Below, piece after piece: positions 14,201 through 27,803 of a stretch of DNA of 64,000 nucleotides; the stretch's first letter is position 1; every line of letters begins with the position of its first letter. The notes under the pieces were generated by a model, which saw only the letters and a program-made list of their open reading frames with translations, was not told the DNA's origin and made no database searches. This stretch comes from Hypanus sabinus (Eukaryota), in the NCBI RefSeq assembly GCF_030144855.1, contig NC_082718.1, positions 5,332,001 through 5,396,000 on the forward strand, written 5' to 3'. Position numbers and translations under genes: made by a program.

Positions 14201-15560
14201 CCCTGGTGAGACCACACCTGGAGTATTGTGTTCAGTTTTGGTCTCCAGGGTTAAGGAAGGACATCCTGGCTATAGAGGAAGTGCAGTGTAGATTCACGAG
14301 GTTAACTCCTGGGATGTCTGCACTGTCTTACGCAGAGAGGTTAGAGAGACTGGGCTTGTACACGCTGGAATTAAGGAGATTGAGAGGGGATCTGATTGAA
14401 ATTTATAAATGTAAAGGGGGTTTCTTCTTTTTTTCTTTGTTACTGTGTATGTAATCAAAAGGGTTTTTTTTGTTTTGTTAACTAGCAGGAATGCTTCTTT
14501 GTTGCAAGAGAGTGCTGGAAGCTTGTTGGGAAAGGGTTTCTTTGTTTTGTTAAAAGCAGGAATGTTTCTTTGTTGCGAGAGAGTGCTGGAAGCTTGTTTT
14601 GGGTTAAAATTTACTGATAACGAGAATTGTATTCCTTTGTAAACCAAATGGGGATTAATGTTCTTTCTTCTGAGTCTGTAAGCTTTTGTTGACGGGCTTT
14701 TGGGAGATCGGCGCAAGGTGGTTGAGAGAGAGAGGACGCGATGCTGTAAGCTGGGCGAGGAACGGACCCCAAGCGGGGGTCCAAGGCCAGGAGGTACCCT
14801 GAGGAGAGGAGACGAAGATAGATGTGCTTGGTTGACCACTTCGGAGGGTCCTGAGCTGCGAGTCGAGGAGTTCGGAGGGGATCGAATGGTGGCCGGAAGA
14901 CTTCAGTAATTGAGCTCCAACGGTTGTGCACGAAGTGGTTTGGACTTTGATAAGTTTGGCGCCTTTTCTTTATTTTTTCTCTTCATATATACTGTATCGT
15001 TATTAATCACTTAGTTATAGTAACCTTTATAAATTGTACTCATTTAATCACTTATGGTGTACTGTCTGTTTTTGGGCGAGGCGGGGACATCACACAGCAT
15101 CCACACCAGCTGATTACCCAGTTTGGCTGGGCCGAAGGCTGCTCCCCCTATACGAGAACGAGCTGAGCGAGCCTGAGGCGACCCAGGGGGTTACATAAGA
15201 TTATTAAGGGATTGGACAAGACAGAGGCAGGAAATATGTTCCAGATGCTGGGAGAGTCCAGTACCAGAGGGCATGGTTGGAGAATAAGGGGTAGGTCATT
15301 TAGGACAGAGTTAAGGAAAAACTTCTCCTCCTAGAGAGTTGTGGGGGTCTGGAATGCACTGCCTCGGAAGGTAGTGGAGGCCAATTCTCCGGGTACTTTC
15401 AAGAAGGAGTGAGATAGGTATTTTATGGATAGGGGAATCAAGTGATATGGGGACAAGGCAGGAACTGGGTATTGATAATAGATGATCAGCCATGATCTCA
15501 AAATGGCAGTGCAGGCTCAAAGGGCTGAATGGTCTACTTCTGCACCTATTGTCCATTGTC
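11258..15560 (+). mobile_element. Long CR1 LINE (ORF1 SGNH-esterase C-terminus + ORF2 EN-RT), interrupted by a solo LTR at 14410-15195
   Basis: ORF1: ISGLLPVPRAS...DGLHLN; ORF2 pieces 11889-12803 (GITETW, GDFN, SDH), 12605-13672 and 13669-14454 (QGSVLGP, KFADVTKL); breaks at an A-run near 12770 and a G-run near 13650. Confidence 0.92.
14410..15195. mobile_element. Solo LTR (786 bp)
   Basis: TGTAA...TTACA termini; 4-bp target TAAA/TAAG (one mismatch); CR1 sequence continuous on either side; internal roughly 60-bp tandem duplication. Confidence 0.8.
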
Positions 15561-16229
15561 ATTCAGAGAATCAAACCCACCCTCCGCACATAACAGTATC
15601 CTGAACATTGACCCCATCACCCCCAACTCCCACACAAAAATAGACCCCAACCACCACCCCACACCCACACAAGAACATTGACCCCAAACTTTCACACACA
15701 AGACACAACAAAAACATCTGCCCCAAATCTCCCCCCCCCCACAATAAACTAACAGAAAGCAACAAGGGGCCCAAACCCATTTCCCTCACAGAACAAAATG
15801 GAAAGCAGCTGTGAACAATGATTACCAGAACAACACAAACAAAATACCTGAGGAACTCAGCAGGTGAGGCAGCACCCATGGAAACGAATACAGAGCTAAC
15901 ATTGCAAACCAAGACCCTGCATCAGGACTGGAAAGGACGGGGGATGATGTCAGAATAAAAAGGTGGGGACGGGAGGTAAGGAGGACTCGTTTGAAGGTGA
16001 CAGGTGGACGGGAAAGGTAAAGGGCTGGAGAAGGAGGAATCTGACAGGAGAGTAGATCACGTGAGAAAAAGTGAGGAGAAGAGGTAAGAGGCAAGAGTGG
16101 GGAATAGGGACGGATTATAAAGACGGAAAAACATTGCCAGAAGGAGATATCGATGTTCGTATCATTAGGTTGGAAGCTACCCAGACGAAATAGGTGTTGT
16201 TCCTCCGCCCTGAGAGTGGGGAAGAGGAA

Positions 16230-16560
16230 GCATGGACCGAAATACCGGGACGCGAATGGGCGACACCTCCCGCTTGGAAGCAGAATTTCCCGGTGGCCAA
16301 CGACCTTAGTTCCTATCCCCGTTCGTCCCCCCGGGCGCTGCTGAGGATCTCATTACCAGCGGCCAGAGAACTGTGAACCCCATCGTCACCGTACTAGCGT
16401 CTACCCGCCGTTTCCAATCACAGTCCAGGCAAGTTTCCGCCCAATAAGTTGCCCGCCGCCCACAAACTGCGTCACAGCGCACCCCGAGGTGCCCGCCTCG
16501 GGTCACGTGATCGCGTCGCGTCGCGCACGCGCAGAGCTGCACGGCGACAGGATCACATTG
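16230..16560. promoter_or_regulatory. CpG-island promoter
   Basis: Only strongly CpG-rich non-repeat patch; CCAAT at 16414 and 16441, GC boxes (CCGCCC), GTCACGTGAT at 16502-16511, NRF1-like GCGCACGCGCA at 16523-16533. Confidence 0.75.
16357..16383 (-). other. Possible first coding exon (MGFTVLWPL) of a minus-strand gene
   Basis: ACGATGG Kozak context just downstream of the CCAAT boxes, followed by CTG|GTAATG; gene not identified. Confidence 0.3.
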
Positions 16561-16679
16561 TTGTGTTCCTCAGCAGCATGGGCACCGACTGTTTATTCAC
16601 TTCCATATGTGCTGCCTGGCCTGTTGAGTTTGTTTTTGTGTGTCTTGCCAGGATTTCCAGCATCTACACCTTGGTGGTG

Positions 16680-18430
16680 AAAGGTGAGACCAGGTAAGGG
16701 GCAAAGTAGCATAATTGGAGTAAGAGAGCGTCCAGAGGATGATTCTGGGGATGAAGGAGTTAACATATGTGGAGTGTTTGGCAGCTTTGGGCCTGTGCTT
16801 ACTGGAATTTAGCAGAATGCATGGGGATCTCATTGAAACTTAAGTTGAAAGGACGAGATAAGCTGGATGTGGAGTGGATGTTCCCTCTGGTGGGGGTATC
16901 CAGAACTAGAGGGCACAGCCTTGAATTTGAGGGGTGACCTTTTAGGATAGAAGTAAGGAGGATTTTTTTAGCCAAAGAGTGGAGAGTCTGTGGAATGCTT
17001 TGCCACAGACTGCAGTGGAGGCCAGGTCAGTGGGTGTGTTCAAAGTGGAAGTTCTTAGATTCCTGATTGTCGGGGCATCGAAGGATATGGTGAGATGGCA
17101 AGTAACTGGAGTTGAATGGGATCTGGGATCAGACATCATGAAATGGCGGAGTTGACTCAATGGCTAAATGGCCTGATTCTGCTCCAATGTCTTATTATTT
17201 ACTCACTGGCAACCAACCAGAAGAAGATCCTTTTATTCCCACTTACTGCCTCCTACCAATCAGCCAATGCCCAAACCATGCCAGTAACATTCCACTCTCA
17301 CCTCTCTTTTAATTTTTACATACGTGAAAAAGCTTTTTCTATTTACGACATTATTTGCTAGCTTGATTTCACATTTTATCTTTTTCCTCCTAATGATTCT
17401 TTTAGTTGCTTTCTGTAGGGTTTTAAAAGCTTCCCAATCCTCTGTCTCACCCTCTAGTTTTTGCTTTGTTGTATGCCCTCTTTTTGCTTTTACTTTAGCT
17501 TTGACTTCTCTTGTCAGCTGTGATTGTACTATTTTGACATTTGAATATTTCTTTGTTTTGGGAATATATTTATCCTGCACCTTCCTCATTTTCCCCAGAA
17601 ACACACACCATTGCTAGTCTGTTGTCACCCTTGCCAGTATCTCCTAATTTACTTTGGCCAACGCCTCTCTCATACCATTGTTAATTCCTTTAGTCCATTG
17701 AAATACTGCTATGTTAGACTTTCCTTTCTCCCTATCAAATTTCAAGTTGAACTCAATCATATTGTGGTCACTGGTTCCTAAGGATTCCTTTACCTTAAGC
17801 TCCATAAACACCTCCAGTTCATTACATAACACCCTACCCACTATAGCTGATCCCCATTAGGCTCAAAGACAAGTTGCTCTATAAAGCCAGCTCATAGGCA
17901 TTCAACAAATTCACTCTCTTGAGATCCATTACCAATCGTCCTTCATGTTAAAATTTCCCATGACTATCATAACATTGCCTTTTTGACACACCTTTGCTAT
18001 TTCCCGTTGTATTCTGTAGTCCATATCCCAGCTACTGCTTGGAGGCCTGTATATAGCTGCTGTCTGGGTCTTTTTACCCTCGCAGTTTCTTAACTCACAA
18101 GGATCAACATCTTCCGATCTTATGTCACATCTTTCTAATGATTTGATGCTATTCTTTACCAGCAGATCCATGCTACCTTCCTATCCTCCTGAGAAAATGT
18201 TTAACCTTGGACATTCAGCTCCTAACTACAATTATCCTTCAGCCACGATTCAGTGATGGCCACAGTATCATACACAACAATCTGTAAATGTGCAACAAGA
18301 TCGTCCGCCTTATTTCTTAAGCTCTATGCATTGAGATATAACTCTTTGAGTACTGTACTATATTTGCTACCCTTTTTGATTCTGCATCCCTGTTGCACTG
18401 ATACTCACCTTGCTGGCTGCAGCTTTGACT
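16680..18430. mobile_element. Decayed CR1 fragments (plus-strand 3' end, then minus-strand EN region)
   Basis: LGTSDHNMIEFNLKF and IYRPPSSS...MGNFN peptides on the minus strand; CR1 3' end on the plus strand. Confidence 0.7.
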
Positions 18431-18809
18431 GTCCTTTCTAACAGTCAGACTGCATGCTATTTTTGCTTTTTTACTATCTGTTCTATCCTGAGTCCCTTCA
18501 CTCCGGTTCCCAAATTAACAGTCCATGCCTGCATGCAGCCAGGTAGCAAGTAGCATTTATGCCATTTGCGAGTTACTGATTTTCTCCAGCAAGAGACACT
18601 ATTTATCTTTGATATTCATACTGCTGAATTACCCACATCCCACCTACGAGAATCTTCAATGGGCCAATCACATAAATATCCTGCTTACAAGAGAAAATAA
18701 GAGGTGGATTTCCTGTAACAAGTAACCTGACACCCCAAAGCTTTTCCACCATCTGGGAAGTGCATCAGGAATGACAGACACTGGTGAAATGATGAAACAA
18801 TGTACAGGT

Positions 18810-19602
18810 TAACCACCTAGAGAGCTGGTGCAGTGACAACAACTTGATGTTTAATGTCACCAAAACTAAGGAGATGATCGTCGATTTCAGACGGTCTCAG
18901 CCTGAGCACACACCCCTCAGCATCAGCGGCTCCACAGTGGAGAGAGTGGAAAACATCAAGTTCCTTGGGGTGCAGATCTTGGACAATCTCACCTGGTCCA
19001 GGAACACCATTGGGATTTTGAAACGAGCCCAGCAGAGGTTGCACTTTCTGAGGAAGCTTAAACAAGCATCACTCCCCACTAACATCTTAACTACATTCTA
19101 CAGAGGAGTGGTTCAGAGTGTGCTGACCTTTTGCATCACAACCTGGTACTCCAGCTGCAGTGCTGCCGACAAAAAAGCCTTGCAGAGGGTGGTTAGGGGA
19201 GCAGAGAAGGTTATTGGGGTCTCCCTACCTTCTGTCCAAGACCTCTTTCAGAGTCGATGCCTCCAGAAGACACAGTACATCATTAAAGACCCTTCTCACC
19301 CTCTCCATGAAGTTTGTTCTTCTGCCATCAGGTAAATGTTACAGGAGCATCAAAACAAAAACCACAAGGCTACTAAACAGCTTCCTCCCACAGGCAGTCA
19401 GACTGCTAAATAGCTGCTCTACCTGACTCTGCTTTGGACACTTTTAACTTGCACTGGACACTTATAACTTGATTTTACTGACATGTGGCTGTTGTGTTTT
19501 ACTATTTATTGTTATGTTTATTATTTAGTGTTGCGTTTGTTATGCTATGATTGCACTGCTCCTGGGAAATGCTGTCTCATTCTGCCCTGATAAAGTTTTT
19601 GA
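18810..19602 (+). mobile_element. Rex1/Babar-type LINE 3' fragment
   Basis: NVTKTKEMIVDFRR...KFLGV...KRAQQRLHFLRKL peptide; GAATCTT repeat tail. Confidence 0.75.
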
Positions 19603-19619
19603 ATCTTGAATCTTGGTAG

Positions 19620-20780
19620 GCTGTGGGGAAGCAAATATTGCCTTTATTGAAGCAGGGCCAGAGAACATCCTGGAAACTATGTTCTTCTGCTCTAGAAGTC
19701 TAAAATCTGTGGTAAGTAAGTTCCTGGATAGGATTCTGCAGGATTAGGTATAAATGCATTTGGAAAGATGGCAATTGTTTAGGGATGGTCCACATGGCTT
19801 TGTGCATGGGAAATCATGTCTTCGGAACTTGAGTTTTTGATAATGTAACCAACAAAGGTGATGAAGAAAGGGTGGTAGATATGGTTTATATGTACTTTAG
19901 TAAGCCCTCTGATAAGATTCCACACGGCAGACTGCTCTGAAAGGCTGGATTGCATGGAATCTAGGGAGAACTGGCCAATTGGATACACAACTGGCTTGAT
20001 GGTAGGAGGCAAAATGTTTTGGTAGAAGATTTTATTTGGACTTGTGGTGTGCTTCAAGGGCTGGTACTGAACCCTCCATGGTTTGTCATCTGTATCAACA
20101 ATTTGAATAAGAATGTACGGTGATTGTTAGTAAGTTTGCAGATGACACCAAAGTAGATGGTATAGAGAACGAAGAAGAATGACAAATTGATTTTAACTCA
20201 GATAAGTGCTAAATGTTGCAGTCTGGAAAGTCAGGTTCAGGTTTAACTTTCACAAGGCCCTAGAAGTGTAGTGGAACAGGAGCACAAGTACATGATTCAC
20301 TGAAGCGGAATCACAGGTAGACAGAGTGGTGAAAAAGGCTTTTGGCACGCTGAATTTAGTAAGTCAGGGGACTGAGTGTAAAAGTTGGGAGGTCCTGGTG
20401 CAGTTGCCAAGAATGCTGATGAAGCCACACTTGGAGTATTATGTTCTTATAGAAAAGATCTTATTAAACTGGAAAGAGTGCAGGAAAGATTTACAGGGAT
20501 GCTACCAGGACATGAGGGACTGACTTATAGGAAGAAGTTGAACAGGCTAGGACTATATTGCTTAGCACGTAGGAGGCTGAGAAGTGATCTTATAGAGGTG
20601 AAGAAATCATAAGAGGTGTAGGTAGGGTGAATGCACCAAGTCTTTTTCCCAAAGTTAGGGAATCGAGGATGAGAGAACATATGCTTAAGTTGAAAAGAGA
20701 AAAATTTGATAGGATTTTGAGGGACATTTTCATAAAAAGGGCATTATCTTTGTGGAATAAGCTGCTTGAGCAACTGGTTG
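19620..20780 (+). mobile_element. Decayed CR1 RT region
   Basis: KPHLEYYV, LERVQERFTGML peptides. Confidence 0.7.
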
Positions 20781-22159
20781 AGATCCGAGGAAGGGTCTCA
20801 GCCTGAAATGTCAAGTGGTCCATTTCGCTTGTTTTTTTTTTGGGCGGGAGAAGGCTTTGGGGATCTATGTGCCTGATCCGTTTTACTTGTTTTTTGTGCA
20901 GGATGGAGATTTGGGGGTTGATGTGCCTGTTCCATTTTACTTCTTTTTTTTGTGTGGGGAGAGGGGAATTGGAGGTTAAGGATCGTGTTGCCTTTTCTTT
21001 CTTGGTTTCACAGCTACCTGGAGAATTGAAGAATTTCAGAGTTGTATATTTTGAAAATAAATCTTTGAACCTTTTATTTATTTCCCTCCGTAGATGTTGC
21101 CTGACCTGCCATATTCCTTCAGCATAGTGTGTGTGTTGCTAAAGATTTCCAGCATCTGCAGAAACTTACTGGATGTCTAGGTACAAAAGCAACTTGTAAA
21201 AGACAGTTGGACGGCAACATGGATTGGAGAGGTTTAGAAGGTTATGGACCAAGTGCTGGCAAATAGGACTAGCTTAGATGGGGCATTTTGGTTGACATGA
21301 ACCAGTGGAGCTGAAGAGCCTAGTTCCATTCTCTATGACTCCCAAGGCTGCTGCTCCAACAACACCCAGGAATTTCAACACTTTCCATGTTGTTCTCGAT
21401 TAATTCCAGCATCAGCATTTCCTTGGGTCTCCAGTGCTGTTACTCATCTAAATTCTTTAATAGCACTTTACAAACCCCCAATCTCTGCCAGAGGAAAAAG
21501 AGTTTTCAGACAAATGGGAACAGCACCACTTGCCTGTCTCCCTACAGCCATACACCATAATGATCTGCATATATAGCCCACTATTCCTTCATTGTCACTA
21601 CATTGAAATCATTTATCCCATCTCCTTATCTGTATTGTGGAAGTACCTTGACCAGAAAATACGCACCTGTTGCATGCAGTAACTGATCAATAATTTCACA
21701 AGGTCATTTAGTCACAGGCACAAAGCAATTGCGTAATTCCTTTGCTTATTCTGCATTTTTCATTATAATTTCACCCAGCTCTAAGTTCAGTCATGAGTTT
21801 AATCCCACATTTAAGTCCCTCAAGGATGATTCAGCAATACTTGTCAGTTAGTTTCCCTCTATCCTTCTACTGGTTTCAGTACTTTTCCAAACTTGGACCT
21901 TCAACATAGTGCTTACAATTTAACAGAATTTTAACAAAAATAAAGGTCACGCTGCCATATAATCAAGTTAAGATTCTTCAAGAATCACTAGCTCATCGTG
22001 TTGGAGAAGTTTGTGAGTTCCTGAGATTCTGAGTGCAGTGCCATCTGGAGTTTAAGCCATTTGGCACTTTGGTCCTGGCGGGGTCATACGTGGCATAAGG
22101 TCAAGGGGGAGTTTCCAGACAAAGAGATCAGTGACAGAGCTGGTAGAAGATGACGACCA

Positions 22160-23290
22160 TGTAAATACTTATGTCAGGATGCTGCTTATTGACTGCAGCT
22201 CAGCATTTAACATCATCATTCCAACAGTCCTGATCGATAAGTTACAGACCTGGGCCTCTGTACCTCCCTCTGCAAATGGATGCTCAACTTCCTAACCAGA
22301 AGGCCACAATCTGTGCAGATTGGAACTGTGCATCTCCACCTCACTAACAATCAACACTGGTGCACCACAGTGCTGTGTGCTTAGCCCACTGCTCTACTCT
22401 CTCTACACCCATGACTGTGTGGCTAGGCGTAACTCAAATGCTATTTATAAATTTGTTGATGATACAATCATTGTTGGCAGAATTTCAGATGGTGACAATA
22501 GGGCATACCGAGCAAGATATACCAGTTAGTTGAGTGGTGTCGTACAAAAAACTTGTACTTCATGTCAGCAAGATCAAAGAGCTGATTGTGGACTCAGGAA
22601 AGGTAAGTTGAAACACAACCAATCACAGAGGGATCAGCAGTGAAGTGAATAAGCAACTTCAAGTTCCTGGCTGTCAATATCTCTGAGGATCTAACCGGGA
22701 TATAACATATGATGCAGCTATGTAGAAGGCAAGACAGTGGCTATATTTAATTCAGAGATTGAGGAGGTTCAGCTTGTCAACCAAAACACTTGCGAACTTC
22801 CACACACGTATCATGGAGAGCATTCTGACTGGCTGCATCACCGTCTGGTATGGGGCAGGGGGTACTGCACAATATCGAATTAAGTTGCAGAAACTTGTAA
22901 AATTAGTCAGCTCCATGTTTGGTATTAGCCTCCGTAGTATCCAAAACATCTTCAATGAGTGGTGCCTTAGGAAGGCGACAGCCATCATTAAGGATCCCCA
23001 ACACCCAGGACATGCCATCTTTGCACTGTCACCATTGGGAAGGAGGTACAGAAGCCTAGAGGCAAACAATCAGCGATTCACCTCTGCCATCTGATTTCTA
23101 AATGGACATTGAACCCATGAATACTACCTCACTGCTTTTTGATTTGTTTTTTGCACTGCTTATTTTAACTTAACTGTTTAATAAACATATATACTTAATG
23201 TAACTCAGTGTTTTTTGTTCTCTATATTTATCTTGTATTGCTGCCACAAAGCCAACACATTTACCAGTAATATTAAGTCTGATTCTGATT
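22160..23290 (+). mobile_element. Rex1/Babar-type LINE fragment
   Basis: NTGAPQCCVLSPLLYSLYTHDC, KFVDDT, IMESILTGCITVWYG. Confidence 0.75.
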
Positions 23291-23639
23291 ACATGCCACT
23301 GGACTCTGACACCAATCTGCCAGAGATTGGACGGTGGCAGCCTGTGTATCAACCTTCCCAAGTTTAACAAAGTCACACACGGGTGTTCTTCATTAAGGGA
23401 ATCCACACAAACATCCTAGCTTAAGTCCCGTGGAGATCAGGATTATGAGGTCTGTACCACTTAGCTTTGTCCACACTCACCAGATCAGCCACCTGAAAAC
23501 CCACCAATAGACAACCCATAGGAGAGCATCATACTCGACCTGAGTAATTGCACTAGGACCACGAGTTGAAATTAACCATACCGTCTATAATACATTAACT
23601 TTTAGAAATCTTCCTTTAAAATCAATCACTAAAGTCCAT

Positions 23640-25520
23640 TCACAAGACCATAAGACATAGGAGCAGAATGAGACCAATTAACCCATTGAGTCTGCTCTGC
23701 CATTTCATCATGGCTGATCCCAGTTTCCATTCAAACCCATCCACCTGTCCTCTCACATATCCCTTGATGCCCTGACCAATCAGGAATCTATGAACTTCCA
23801 CTTTGAGTATATCCACAGATGTTCCTCCACTTCATTCTGTGGCCAGAGCATTCCACAGATTCATCACTCTTTGACTAAAAAAATTCCTCCTTACTTCTGT
23901 CGTAAAAGGTTGCCCCCATATTTTGAGGCTGTACCCTCTAGTTCTGGATACCTCCACCAGAGGAAACATCCTCTCCACATCCACCCCATCTAGCCCTTTC
24001 AACATTCAATAGGTTTCAATGAGATTGCTCACATACTTCTAAATTCCAGTGAGTACAGGCCCAAAGCTGCCAAATGCTCCTCATATGTTAACCTCTTCAT
24101 TCCCAGCATCATCTTTGTGAACCTCGCCTGGACTGTCTCTGATGACAATACATCCTGTCTGAAATAAGGGGCCCAAAACTGTAGACAATATTCCAAATAT
24201 AGCCTGACTATGTTCTTACAGTATTTTAGCATTACCTCCTTGCTTTTATATTCTACTTCCCTTGAAATAAATAGCAATACTGCATTTGCCTTCTTTACCA
24301 CAAACTCAATCTGTAAATTAAACTTCTGGGAGTCTTGCACAAACACTCCCAAGTCCCTTTCTACCTCTGATGTTTGAATTTTCTCCCCACATAGATAATA
24401 GTCTGCACTACCATTCCTTTTACCAAAATGGATTATCATATATTTCCCAACACTATATTCCACCTACCACTTTTTTGTCAATTCTTCCAATTTGTCTAAA
24501 TCCTGCTGCAATCGCATTGCTTCCTCAGCACTACCTACCCCTCCACCTATCTTCATTTTGTGCACAGACTTTGCCACAAAGCCATCAATTCCAAAGGGTA
24601 TGGGGTGAAAGCAGGGGAGTGGGGATGACTGGATAAAGTGGATCAACCCGTGATTGACTGGCAGAGCAGACTCAATGGGCTGAATGGCCTACTTCTGCTC
24701 CTAAATCTTATGGTCTTATTATCTAAATCATTGACAAACAATGTGAAAAGCGATGGTCCCAATAATGACCCCTGAGGAACACCACTAGTCACTGGCAGGC
24801 AACCAGAAAAGTTCCTCTTTATTCTCACTCACTACCTCCTGCCTGTCAGCCATTCCTCTATCCATGCCAGTTTCTTCATGTAACACCGTAGGACTTTATC
24901 CTGTTAAGCAGCGTCATGTGGGACACCTAATCAAATGCATTCCAAATATTTAAGTAAATGACATCAACTGCCTCTCCTACTTATTACCTCCTCAAAGAAT
25001 TCTAACAGATTTGTCAGGCAAGACTTCCCTTTACAGAAACCATGCTGACTTTGACTTATCATTAGTCTCCAAGTATCCTGAAACCTCATCCTCAATAATG
25101 GACTTCAACACTTTCTCAGCCACTGAGGTTAGGCATACTGGTCTATAATTTCCTCTCTTTTGTCTTACCCCCTTAAAGAGTGGAGTGGCATTTGCAATTT
25201 TCCGGTCCTCTGGGACCATACCAAAATCAAGTGATTCTTAGAAGATCATGGACAATGCCTCCATTATTTCTTCGAGAACCTCTCTCAGGACTCTGGGATG
25301 TAGTCCATCTGGTCCAGGTGACTTATCCATCTTAAGATCTTTCTGTTTGCCTCACACTTTTTCTTTTGTAATAGCAATAGCACTCCTATTCCCTGACACT
25401 CACGGACCTCTGGCACACTGCTGGTGTCTTCCGCAGTAAAGACTGAAGCAAAGTACTTATTAAGTACATCTGCATTTCTTTGAACCCCATTACTACCTCA
25501 TCAGCATCATTTCCCAGTGG
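23640..25520 (-). mobile_element. Decayed CR1 LINE
   Basis: [33 protein letters not shown] peptides. Confidence 0.75.
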
Positions 25521-25534
25521 TCCAATATTAACTC

Positions 25535-26010
25535 TTGCCTTCCATATGAGAGTGGTGGTGTAGGGGAACAGGTTGGGTCTGTTGTCTAGAAAGAAGCAGA
25601 AAGCTTTAAAGTCCTCCTGATGTGGGATGGAGGTGTATAGGGACTGGACATTCATGGTAAAAAGGAGACGTTCGGGGCCAGGGAAGTTGAAGTCATTGAA
25701 AAGATTCAGAATGTGGGAAATGACGCGGATGGAGGAGGGAGAGGACTGAACCCAGGGGGTTTAAACAGAGTCAAGGTATGCAGGTATAAATTCAATGGGA
25801 CAGAAATAAGTGGAAACAATAGGTCTACTTGAGAAGCAGGTTTGTGGATCTTGGGTAGAAGGTAGAAATGGGGAGGTGTGGAGTAAGGGAACTATCAGGC
25901 AGATGCCAGTGGATGGGAGATCACCAGAGTTAATAAGGTCAATGGATGAAAGATGAAATAGTACGGAGAAAATTAACAAGGATTTTCTGGTCCGGAGGAC
26001 CTAGTTATAA
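25535..26010 (-). mobile_element. Penelope-like element RT fragment
   Basis: MNVQSLYTSIPH matches the Penelope RT motif DVxSLYTxIP. Confidence 0.65.
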
Positions 26011-27803
26011 GTAAAGATTGAATATGTTAATTCTGTATTCTTTAGAATGTAAAAGGTTAAGAGGAGATTTGATATTGGTATACAAAATTATGAGGCGTAT
26101 AGATAGGGTAAATGCAAGCAGGCTTTTTCCACTGAGGTTGGGTGGGACTGCAACCAGAGGTCATGGGTTAAGGGTGAAAGGTGAGAAGTTTAACAGGAAC
26201 ATGAAGGAAAGCTTCTTCATTCAATGGGCCATGAGAGTGTGGAGTGAGGTGCCAGCACAAGTGGTCCATGCAAGCTTGATTTCAATGTTTAAGAGAAGTT
26301 TGGATGAGTACATGGATAGTAGGGGTGTGGAGGGCTAAGGTCCTGGAGTAGGTTGACGGGAGTAGGCAGCTTAAATGGTTTTAGTATGAACGAGATGGGC
26401 CAAAGGGACTGTTTCTGTTCTATACTTTTCCATGACTTTTTAGAATACTGGAGTTTAGAACCATATCGTTCTGAAATATTGTCACAATGTCCAATCCTAC
26501 AATGTTCAATCCTACCGATGAGTGACCAGAATTTGCCAGCACCAGACGGCATAATGTGAGCAACTGAAATCTTCACCAAATTTCTCAGGAAAAGACTTAG
26601 GAACTCCGCACAAGTTCAGCTGGTATAATTGTTGGGACCAAGTAATGGTTGAAGGGCAGGAGGGTGGTTAGTTGGTGGTTGGGTAATAGTCATTAAGACC
26701 AGAGAGCGAGATGTTTCTGCGGTTTGGTAGTAACCCTGCTTAATTACATCATCTTCTGAGCATTATGGGGAGGCTCACAACATTCGCAGAATGCAAATTC
26801 AAGCAAATGCTGGTCTGACCGCTGTCAAAGAAAGTTCCTATGGACCTGGCCCCGAAACAGACCATATGACTGAAGACCAATTTCTACCCTCCTCTCTTAT
26901 ATAAAGCATGCTGAACTGCCTTACTGATCCATTTAACAATTATAAAATAAATTTATTTATAAAATACTATGAAAAAGAAACAAACACATTCTCACAATTT
27001 GCTACTGCCCTGAATCTCTGCTGTTCAGAGTGCTCATTCTTCAGCTGTCCATCGAGTTTTGATGATGGCTGAGGCCTGGGCAAGGTTGTATGGAAGATCA
27101 GCAGTTGCCCATGCTGCAAGTCTCCCCTCTCCACGCCACTGATGTTGTCCAAGGGAAGGGCATTAGGATCCATACAGCTTGGCACCGGTGTTGTCGCAGA
27201 GCAATGTGTGTGGTTGAATACCTGGCTCAAGGACACAACAAGCTACCTCAGCTAAGGCTCAAACTAGCAACCTTCAGATCACTGGACCAACGCCTTATCC
27301 ACTTGGCCACTAATTAAACTAAGCAGTAGCAGTTTTGCACACACTTGTTCTATCCTCAAACAATTGAATAATATTCGGGCTGTATACGCAAATTATTGAA
27401 CAGGATTAAATGGTGTGATTTAAGTTCCTAAAGCTGAGTTTCACAATATTCACTTGTTTGAACAGAAGTGATTGGATGGCTACAGTGGATGCTTATCTGT
27501 TAGGTCTTCCCCTTAGTCAAAATATATACAAAGGGTGCAACTTTCTATTTAGAAACATAGAAAACCTACAGCACAATACAAGCCCTTCTGCCCACAAAGC
27601 TGAGCCAAACATGTACTTACTTCAGAAATTACTTCAGATTACCCATAGCCCTCTACTTTTCTAAGCTCATTATACCTATCCAGGAGCCTCTTAAAAGGCT
27701 CTATTGTATCCGCCTCCACCACCGTCGCCAGCAGCCTATTCCACATACCTACCACTCTCTGTGTAAAAAACTTAACCCTGACTTCTCCTCTGTACGTACT
27801 TCT

